DNA from: Tubiluchus corallicola
Lineage: Eukaryota; Animalia; Priapulida
Direction: 5' to 3'
DNA: 64,000 nucleotides
Assembly (NCBI GenBank): GCA_030141605.1
Contig: JAQGDQ010000042.1
Location: 1 to 64,000 of the forward strand
Part shown: positions 54,462 through 64,000 of the stretch, one piece after another
How the letters are laid out: each line of letters begins with the position of its first letter
Position numbering within the stretch: the first letter of the stretch is position 1
Program-made: the position numbers and the translations under genes
The notes under the pieces: generated by a model
What the model was told of the DNA's origin: nothing
Database searches by the model: none
The model's input: only the letters and a program-made list of their open reading frames with translations

Positions 54462-54799
54462 ATTATATTAATTGCTAGAAATTAAAACTCTACTTCTAAG
54501 AGAATAAGCAAATCACGTAATAAAACGTATACCTTTGTTATACGAGACTTTCAAATTTTCAAGACTGTGTGCCAAAGTGCTTAGCAATGACCGATAAAGA
54601 TTTTTTGACAAGGTAGCTACAGGGATAAAAGTTTCGAATTAAATTGTTGTTTCTGATGCAAAAAAAGGCGACGATGCTGCACCTTGTCTTTTATCGTCTC
54701 TATAATCACTGGTTAGTAGATGTCCTAGATATTTCTCTTCATTAGAAGCACATATATAGTTATTAGACAACCACAGCCATCAATGCGTACATTAGCCAT

Positions 54800-55150
54800 C
54801 GAATTAGGTTTCAAAGAAGGAAGTTTAGTTTTCTTCGTGTTAATAGTGACTTCTAATTTATTTTATTCATGCAATTGATGTATTTATCAGTGAGCTGTTG
54901 CAAACCCTTGAAGGCAGAGGCGATTAAGCAAGTATCATCCGAGTAAATCAAGTGGTTTGCATATGTATTCGCAAGATAGCAACCTAGATGGGTGTTAGTT
55001 AGATTATTGTTGGCATCATACATATACGTATTGTATAATTTTGGAGACAAGAGACTGCCTTGTCTCCGTTAAGCCGTTAGAAACTGCGAAATTAGCAGAC
55101 ATAACTTCACCCCTCTTAAGCACATATGTTGTCTCGTGCACCATATATAC
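54800..55150 (-). mobile_element. RTE-X-like reverse transcriptase remnant
   Basis: RQGSLLSPKLYNTYM...GCYLANTYANHLIYSDDTCLIASAFKGLQQL (degenerate YADD). Confidence 0.6.
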
Positions 55151-57129
55151 AATATCTTACAAATCTTTACTGAACATATGGGCTTCCTTGGCTGTATTTA
55201 CCAATTTTTTTTGAAGGGATTGTCCAGCAAACAGGATTGTGTAGAGCTAAAATTACATTTTTATACAAGTTTTCGATGTTAAAACAGTGTTGCATATTGC
55301 AACAATTCAGCTACAGAGTCAAATGGGATTTGAATGAAGAAAAATAAAATACCACTAAGCACTTCGTATGAGGAGATTTCGTGTTGTTTAGCTTTTTCAA
55401 AATCAACCCGTTTTACATATTGAGAATTAGAGGGAAAACTTATAGAATCTTCTGCGGTATTGCTTTTTTGGCCAAAATACCATCAGCCATATTGCAAATA
55501 CTTAAAAAACTAATTGGCGTATGATCAGACGTAGATAATTCGTCGTGTACATTGATATTAGTGATAACTCGATCAAAAGCACGAGAGCACATGCTCAAGC
55601 CATGACGTTGTATTATGAGATGGGCAAACTTAAGTAAGAATAGATACTGAAAGTTCGTTTTTTATTTACAAAATATCACAGTCTTGTAAAATAAAAAACG
55701 AACCGTTCGGCAATTATATCATAAAAAGTGAATTTTTTAATCTCAAATTTCTGTGTTTGCTGTAACCGATGTCCGTGTCAAAGCTATCATGGATTATTAG
55801 CACCAAGCATCGTGGACAATAAGCTAAATCGGTTTCTGCATACATCAGGAAGAATGCCTAACCGGACTAGCTGCGTTAAATGCAAATCAGTAAATCAAGA
55901 CAATGCGATTCGAGATGACGGTCAGCTGTTGCGCAACAAGGTTTAAGACTGCACTTTTATCGTTCGGCTGATACCAAATTGATAACTTAATGAACACACT
56001 TAACCACCTATTTCGTGCAAAGTATCAGAGCACTTTATACACGTCATTACTGGGCAAACACCGGAGAGTTTATACACAGTCTACCACTCTCGTTCTATTT
56101 TTCTCCATTCTCTGTTGTAATTAACTTAATAGGTTGAGAAGTAGAGATACCTAAAATATACCTAAAACAATAAAGCAAAAACAACATATCCATAACATTT
56201 TTTATTACCAGACATGCGTAGTCAATAAAAATACGTGTAAAAGTAGAACTTTTCATAAATCTTTACCTCGAAATTTGAATAACGAACAGTAATTCACAAT
56301 AATCCAAAAAATCTTTCTAAGTAATGATAAGTACCATTCTTGACTGTTTGAAATACTATTTGAAAAATACTCGTAAATAAAAAAAAACTTTTTGTGCAAT
56401 AGCGTATTTCGATTACAAATAAGGCAACAAACTGAAACTAAACAAAACTGATAGGTACAGAATATAGGCAAGGCAATAGAACTAGCACAGTATTTTCGCA
56501 AAAGGCACGATTAGGAAAGCAAAAACTGACATATTATCAGCTTCAACAACACTGTAAGTATATTGTGAAACTAAAATTTTTTACTTTATTGCCTTTTTAA
56601 TTATAAATATACTTGTGGATTTTCTTTAGTATATTGTTATTATAGCATAGTGCTCAAAATTGCACTGAAGTAGTATGTTCAGTTTATTTGTGCATCATAT
56701 TTCTGCATCAAATTCCAGTTTTGTGGAAGTCCATTTCAGAACCATGGATAACTCCGGTTAACAATGTATGACTCTCGCTAATTCAGTCCAATCAGGATCA
56801 AACACTATCTAAGTATAATATAGCAACTTGTTAACAATTATTAAAAACATTTTAGCATTACATTCTCAGTTTTATTAAAAACAAAATAAGACAATTAGTT
56901 AAATGTATAATTATTATGCTATGTACATATAAAAATAATTTTATATTATTTTGATAAAAAATGAGTGGTATATAAAAATAAATTGCAATGTAGAAGACGC
57001 CAAGTACACTTGCAGAATATTTGTTTTACTTTTCTATGTATAGTCTAAGCATCAGGAATGCTTATACACTGCAGCACCTAATTGAAAGTCAAGAATATTA
57101 TCATGCATAATCTAAAGGGAATTCAGATA

Positions 57130-57591
57130 AATTTACTATTATTCATAAGAATCTCTGCAATGAGGCAAACAGTTATCATCAGCAGTTACCATGCTTCATG
57201 GGTTTTGGGGCTTAACTGGACCCTCCACATGCAATCCATTAGCCAAGACACTAGCTGGCTATTCTGCTATATTGCCATAACCTCAACAGAGGCAGCTTAT
57301 TCATCCCAAGCTGATTTAATGCAAAAGTTCTAATGACTAACAGTGGATTAATTTTTGTCCTGGGCAATGTTTCACTCCTTTGGTTGTTCCCTTGCTGGTT
57401 GTTGCAAGGGCATTCCAGTCAGCATGGGATGAATAATTCCACATTTGAAATTATGATAACATAGCAGAATAGCCAGGTATTGTCTTGGGTATAGAGCTGC
57501 CATGTGGAAGGGTCCAGTTAAGCCCCAAAACCTAATGAAACATGATAGCAGCTTGCCTCAATGCAGAGATTCATATGTATAACAGTGAATT
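57130..57591. repeat. Long imperfect inverted repeat (foldback), ~190-bp arms and 87-nt spacer
   Basis: 57130-57322 versus the reverse complement of 57410-57591; shared blocks ggttttggggcttaactggaccct, ctggctattctgctat and ttattcatccca. Confidence 0.85.
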
Positions 57592-58244
57592 AGTTTTTCT
57601 CCTACTTGAGGTTTCACTCCTTTGGAATTGAAATAAAATATCAATTACTGACCAACCTAGGTAACTTTGTTTTAAAGTATACAAAATTGTAGCAATATAG
57701 TCACCATTTGAGCCAAAATCTACAAAATTTCTAGAGATCAGAACAGTGACAATAATTGGAATGCAAACAATTAAACGGATGAGCTAAACTGACAAACAAA
57801 ACAGTTACAAGTATATAAACTTTGCAATCGTTCACTACAAAAATATAAATAAGCGGGAAACAAAGCATTACAAATAACATAGTTACTATAAAACAATAGT
57901 ATGCAAAATCAATGAGTCTAGTTGACAATGTACTTGTTAATGTAATACACACTTCTACACAATATGAAAACATAATCAATCTCCTGTGACAGTAAATAGG
58001 CAAGACATCTAAATCAGTTTAGCACCCAGACGAATATAATTAATAATCAACAAGCTTGAATACTACACAGCTGTAATTACTTCTAAATCTAAAAATGCTT
58101 TTCAACATGATTTGACATTTTCAAAAAGGCCCATGTCATTTCAAAAACAATCAATGACTATCTGCTCAGCTTTCTTTATTCAGTCACATTGAGAGATACT
58201 CAACATATATTACATAGTGAGCAGCAGAGAAGAAACATCCAAAA

Positions 58245-58557
58245 TTCATGCTTCATCTTCTATACACTATCCCAAATTCATGCTTATCTTCCATACACCA
58301 TACCAATTTCATGCTTCATCTTCTATACACTATCCCAATTTCATGCTTCATCTTCCATACACCATACCAATTTCATGCTTCAGCTTCTATACACCATCCC
58401 AATTTCATGCTTCATCTTCCATACACCATCCCAATTTCATGCTTCACCTTCTATACACTATCTCAAGTTCATGCTTCATCGTCCAGACACCATCCCAAGT
58501 TCATGATTCGTCATCCATACACCATCCCAAGTTCATGATTCGTCGTCCATACACCAT
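58245..58557. repeat. 32-bp minisatellite, 10 units, overlapping the TBC gene stop codon
   Basis: Units begin ttcatg at 58245, 58277, 58308, 58340, 58372, 58404, 58436, 58468, 58500 and 58532. Confidence 0.92.
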
Positions 58558-58631
58558 GCGTCTCTCTGTTCATCCGGTATTTCGCTGTTTCTCGCTTCTT
58601 CGCGAAACTTTTCCAACTGCTGCAGTTCCGA
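58533..58631 (-). CDS. TBC1D2B: TBC1D2/TBC1D2B-like Rab-GAP, terminal coding exon
   Basis: cttttag|SELQQLEKFREEARNSEIPDEQRDAWCMDDES*; resembles the C-terminal EL..LE..RE segment of vertebrate TBC1D2B as recalled. Confidence 0.75.
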   Translation of the reverse strand, partial: SELQQLEKFREEARNSEIPDEQRDAWCMDDES

Positions 58632-59599
58632 CTAAAAGAGTCAAATAAATAGTTAACGGTAGTAAATTGTCATGTATGAATACAGCCATCAAAATAGTAA
58701 ATTTTATTCAAAACATTTTATTTCTCCCTTTCAATAACAGTGTGACTGTTACTTAAAAAGTTGACACATATTTTGTGCAAAAACCACTATTGGGTGCACA
58801 GGATATAAATAAACAAGAATAAAAACAAACATCATAAGCAAAAAATGAAGTTAAACAGCTTACAGCTAGTTTATAAACAAATCATTCTCTTTATGAATTT
58901 TATACAGGTTTGCGTTTTCTAATGTGATAAATTTCCTTCGTTATCTGATTGTACTTGTGGCTGTTACAATCAACAATTCTGAAGTTCTTTTCAGAAATAG
59001 CCTTGTCATGTTTCAATGAAAGCACAAAATTTAACTGATTGTTTGGATTTTTATCTGGATTCATAGTTCACCTCTCAACTACATGTTGAAAAGGTGAATC
59101 TAGTGGATCTATGTTCAGTGGTCTTGTCTAACCATCTGCACGGTACTAGATACCTGATTACTGTGACACTGAGCACAATGGGGTAGAACACGATAGAGTA
59201 ATATAAACTAAGCGAAATGTAATTTTATTCACACTTAATAATGGCTCATTTCGTCACACATATCACTTCATTTGTCATGCATTAATAAATTAATTAATAA
59301 TAATAGACCCCTAATAATGAATTAGCCTAGTCAAGGTGCAGTTTGACGTAAAATTTCAGGGTAGATTGGTGTCGACCCATGAGTGACTATCAGTACAACA
59401 TTCAATTATGACACCATCATTTTTCCATCTGCCATCAATCGTGTATGTTCCACTGTTGTGAGCTATGTTAAAGATCAGTCTTAGCTCTCATCTTTGGTTT
59501 TTGTAGTTTCAGTCTAGTATTCTACATGAAGTAAATGCAGCTACATCTGCTTATAATTAATACACTTCAGCTATTTCAATGAGCTGATATAGAAATGTA

Positions 59600-59851
59600 G
59601 ATACTATGTATAACTCAAACATCTAGGGACCGGAAAATTTGTTCAGAGTCATGCGAAAGTAATAGAGCAAATCTTAGCATTTTTGCTGAAATTGTCAGCT
59701 AAAATCGTAATGTGGTGCACACTTTCGCTTAGGAGGCTGCTCGAGGTAGGCGAGGTAATTTCAATTAGATTAAAGGGAAAGATGAAAGGAAAAATCTATT
59801 CTACGAGATCTGTTCGAGATGCGCAAGAATTCGAGTTATACGTAGTTTACT
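59600..59851. mobile_element. Degenerate Tc1/mariner-type MITE
   Basis: Right end ttcgagttatacgtagtttactg-TA mirrors left actatgttataactcaaa. Confidence 0.45.
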
Positions 59852-60109
59852 GTAATTGCAAAACTGATATTCATTATTCACTGCATTTTAATCATTGCCG
59901 CTGTTGTTTTTCTTGGCAATAAAAAACCAAAAAAGAATCTATAAGAACAACAACAGATCTCTTATAACTAGTTGTAAGAAATACTTAGGTAGATTTATTC
60001 ATATTCATATATTTATTTCTTCTTTCTAGCCGTAACCTTTTAAATTGACTCATTTATAACTTGTTAAAAATACAATCACAATAGCAACTAATTATAATGC
60101 ATAAGCTAC

Positions 60110-60187
60110 CTTTATTGCAACCAACAGCGATTCCCGTTTAGCTTTGATGTACTTGCGAGAGAATGGATTAAAATCATTGAAAGCCAT
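60110..60187 (-). CDS. TBC1D2B: TBC1D2-like exon
   Basis: ctttgtag|MAFNDFNPFSRKYIKAKRESLLVAIK|gtagct; phase 0. Confidence 0.85.
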
Positions 60188-60696
60188 CTACAAAGACAAA
60201 AACTGAACCTAACAATATATGCTGAAGTCCTTAACATTTACAGAATTCCAGCACACACGATGCTTTATACTTGTGATAATTGTAAAAAGTTTTCAGTTAA
60301 TAACATAATTGTTTTACCATTTAGTTTGAAAAATTTTGTGCAAAAAGATAACTGAATAATGCAACCTTTTAATTTCAAACATCTTATATTCTTAGTTGTG
60401 GAAACCGAATGTTCAAATGCTGGCATTTGAATTTTTCTGCATTCAATTCAAACATGACTTTCATTCATTTGAATTAGCTCGTTGAACATTTATCTTGATA
60501 AAAAAACAATACTAACAAGAAGATAATTATTTTATGTTCGATTACGTCTAAATTAGAAAAACACAAACTGAGATAATAATTATTCTACGTGCATTTATCT
60601 TTAAATTAGAAAATTTGATTCTATCGCCTCCATCAATGCAGTGCGGCATAAATACATGTTCAGAACAATATTACACAATTTTCAGAAAAATTTCAC

Positions 60697-60831
60697 CTGC
60701 ACAATCTTGTCAACATCTGTTACACTATCATGCATGTTTTGCAGATATTCATATATCTTCATTTGATTGTTCAGTTTTAAGATTGTTGCCTCGTTACATT
60801 TTAACAATGCCAGTGCAAACCGAAACAAAAC
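60697..60831 (-). CDS. TBC1D2B: TBC1D2-like exon (end of TBC domain)
   Basis: ttctag|VLFRFALALLKCNEATILKLNNQMKIYEYLQNMHDSVTDVDKIVQ|gtgaaa; phase 0. Confidence 0.9.
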
Positions 60832-60951
60832 CTAGAACACAGGAAATTATGTACATGTCTAAAATTAAAAAAAAGATAAATACGAATATGCACCACTATT
60901 GATACCACAAAGTTAAATGGCTAATACTGCACTCTTCCATAGTAAAAGCAC

Positions 60952-61669
60952 CAGGGATGTTGCCAAAACGTTTTGGTTACCCAATAATTGCACTTTCATT
61001 CCATTTGGTCAAAAATTGTTAAGTTTCGTAGCAGAAATTCCAGGTAGCATTTTTGAGGTTTTAGTAGTATTTATTCAGCTTATTCTTTCTTTTCTCTTAG
61101 ATGTTAAAAACCACTGAAAAATCTTGGCCAAAAGTTCAAATAAAGCAAAAATAAAGGTTATCTAACTTTTTGTACCAAATGTAGCGTTGCTTTTTATGGC
61201 AATGCAGCATATCTGCAGTGCTGACGACTGTGAAACTTTAAGGACGCCTGGCATAATCAATCGTAATATCAAAGCATAATTGAATAAAAATAAGTTTAAT
61301 TTTATATTTTTTGAAATACAGGCAAGAAAATATTTTTAAATAAATAATAAAATTTTTTAATAAAATTTGTTAATCTTTTTGAATATTATGATCTTTAAAA
61401 ATAAATACTGTTCTACTATTTTGGTTAATATTTTTACCTAGCTACTTCATCAAGTTTGTGTAAGAGAGAAAATAAAAGCAAACAAGCACATAAACAAATG
61501 CAAAGTATTTTACTTATTTCAGAATTTCGTTGTTTTCAATTTCAATAGCACATGTTGTTGGTTTTACAAAAAGGATTTCGGTTCGGTTTCATTTAGGTAT
61601 CGGTTTTTCATGTTTCATAAATTTCGGTTTCGGGTTTGGCTTGTAATTTCAGTTTCGGTAATATCCCTG
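60952..61669. mobile_element. hAT-like non-autonomous element in a TBC intron
   Basis: TIRs CAGGGATGTTGCCAAAAC / GTTTCGGTAATATCCCTG; 8-bp flanks aaaagcac and aaaaacac (7 of 8 match); subterminal TTTCGG repeats. Confidence 0.75.
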
Positions 61670-61790
61670 AAAAACACTAAAGATTTTAATAAAAAGAATC
61701 ACTTTGATGAACATTTTTTTAATTTGCTGTTCACCACTTATTCAGGTCAATCCATTACACATCAGCATTTGCACAACGCATATTGCTCAC

Positions 61791-61973
61791 CTTGCTACCT
61801 TCGTATAGGAATGTATCCCATATTCGTAAATACAACTCAACAGGTACAGTATCATCCACAAAAATGCACAAGAACCAGCTAAACGTAAACAACGAAAGAT
61901 CCAGTTCCTCGTAGCAGCTGAGATGTTGATGCAACCGTGGTAACTTTTCAGCAATTAGTTCCTTTAAAACCCT
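61791..61973 (-). CDS. TBC1D2B: TBC1D2-like exon (TBC domain)
   Basis: ttttcag|RVLKELIAEKLPRLHQHLSCYEELDLSLFTFSWFLCIFVDDTVPVELYLRIWDTFLYEGSK|gtgagc; phase 0. Confidence 0.93.
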
Positions 61974-63137
61974 CTGAAAATGATCATTTTCTATAAATTT
62001 AAATTACGTACAATTTGTCAATGTTAACAGTACACGTGAACACTAGTAAAACAGCCTGGTATAATAACACAAAGGTCATAAAGCTGTTTGAAAGGCTGAA
62101 TGAGTAAAGCAATACACTGGAACTACTACATAACCCACTCACAAGAATGTCTTCACAAACATCAATATTTAAACATAACAAAATATCACCAGAGCCAGAT
62201 TACGACCTTTTGTTGCCCTAGGCTAATGAAATTATTAGGCCCTTCTCAGACAGAGTCACGCCCGAACTCGTTCGCACCCATCTTGCATATTTTTTGCTAT
62301 ATTTTATAGCGATTTGATATTCTTTAGTGACATATACATAAGTTGAAGTGAACTTATTGCAAATTCTTTAAATAAACTAGAATAGCTCTCTTCTGTTTGT
62401 CAATAAAAATATTCTTAAGAAATACCAGTAATTTACTATTCATTGCAAACCAAATTAGCACATGCTGCAACACAACCACTGTGAAAAAACAGATTTTTTA
62501 ACCAAATGTATATTTTTTAACCAGCCTATACTAGCCTGTAGGATAATCTAGCCCTGCATGTCATTAAGCTAGAACTAATCAACACAACAACATTCTTTTA
62601 AAATGATAAACATGAACATTTCAAGATACAGATGACAATTAATTAGTCTAGGCATGTCCTTAGAATTGTGAGACCCTAGACAACTGCCCAGTTTGTCCAT
62701 GCCTCAAGACAATGTTGACTCTGACTTTATCTGATCTTCTTCTTCTATTGATGGTGACAAGTTAATTTATTTTAAAACATTTCGCTGCAAAATAGTTGGA
62801 TTTGTTTTGATTTTAAGTCACTGATGACACTAATCAGAACTAATTTTCCTGCAATTAAAAATGAATGTTGCTGCAGCAATTAACTCTTTTGCTTTCTATT
62901 TCAATGACAGATTTGTTTTCCTGAATTCTCCAAGATACAGACTATGATGCCACCTTCAAAATTATGTTTCATAATTTGAAGAAGAAATGCTAAAGATGTT
63001 GATAATAGCCCCCTTGCAACCTCTTTGATAAACTATTTTCTCTTGCACAAGAAACGAAAAATTTTTTTTAATGACAGTTCACAATGAATTTGTATTTGTA
63101 AAATTGTTCCTCAGTTTCAAACTAGTTCCTCAATTAC

Positions 63138-63275
63138 CTGATCCACTTGAGCTGCAATGAGAGCTGAGCTATAGTACATTGAAGGCATAATGTGCTCTAC
63201 AATTGCTACTAAACACCAGAATGATTCCTCTTCATTGAGAAACAGCAATGCAATAGCAGCTAGTCGATTCAAACC
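63138..63275 (-). CDS. TBC1D2B: TBC1D2-like exon (TBC domain, after the YxQ finger); upstream exons not found in the window
   Basis: ttacag|GLNRLAAIALLFLNEEESFWCLVAIVEHIMPSMYYSSALIAAQVDQ|gtaatt; GLNRL is characteristic of TBC1D2/2B; paralog assignment uncertain. Confidence 0.92.
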
Positions 63276-64000
63276 CTGTAAAGTAATGGACAATAAAAAA
63301 CAAGACAATAAGGAGATGAAATTAACTGTTTAAAAAATGGAGTTTTGATGACCTACTGGTCGCGTTGCATAAAAACATAGTCGTAGTTCTTGGTGCACAC
63401 AGTTGGAAAATTTCTTGCCCACTCTTAAACAAAGTAATGCAAATAATACAAATTTTTGCCTATTATGGCTAGCTATATATCTTAACGCACCAAAAGACCT
63501 TCGAAGAAAAGAGAAGGCAGGGACGACGTCAATTCAGATCCTAAAAGATTGCAATAAGCTTAGCAACAGGCTGAAGCACCAGATCGGATGGCTGCCATAT
63601 GTGGTTCAAAAATTGGACAATTAATTTGTAAAGACACTACAGTATAAGGACCACAGATGTAAGTGTCTGAGAAAAATTGCTAGATTCAGTCAAGTGACGC
63701 AAATGATGTGCGCCTGTTGAAATGCAAATTCTGTAGATTGCTGTATGGTAAACAATGGATGCCCTATGGTACAGTACAAAAACCGTATAGTTAAACAGCC
63801 CTTGAGCAACAAATATTTGAAGCATTGTTCGATATGTAGGCCAGCAATCTCTCTATACATGTGTGGCATTTAACTCTACTCTGAGGATTTATATGTATTA
63901 TATATTTTGGAAAAAGACACAGGCATCCCACTTTTTGACATGTTCCTAGCTACTACTTCCTAAGATCAGAATACAAGTAATGACCAAGACATCGTCTCAA

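Noticed and set aside
58245-58557. 32-bp repeats as a CRISPR array
   Set aside because: Units are contiguous with no unique spacers, no cas genes are present, and the context is a spliced eukaryotic gene

Overview
AT-rich, repeat-laden eukaryotic (metazoan, probably invertebrate) genomic DNA with three spliced or partly spliced genes read by hand. (1) A six-coding-exon class A peptide-type GPCR on + (37778-46386, 522 aa). (2) The last five exons of a TBC1D2/TBC1D2B-like Rab-GAP on - (63275 down to 58533). (3) A secreted six-EGF-repeat gene on - (start about 33536) that the ORF track shows only in part, because its coding exon is split by a young, 5'-truncated CR1-group LINE (30402-33425, ATTT at both junctions). 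Removing the LINE restores a signal peptide plus six complete EGF modules in frame. The rest is non-autonomous DNA transposons (Kolobok-, piggyBac-, hAT-, Harbinger- and Tc1/mariner-like), decayed LINE fragments and long microsatellites. Other oddities: a 10-copy 32-bp minisatellite made from the TBC gene's last codons plus stop codon, a ~190-bp-arm foldback downstream of it, and a uORF abutting the GPCR start codon. All calls come from reading the sequence; no database searches were run.
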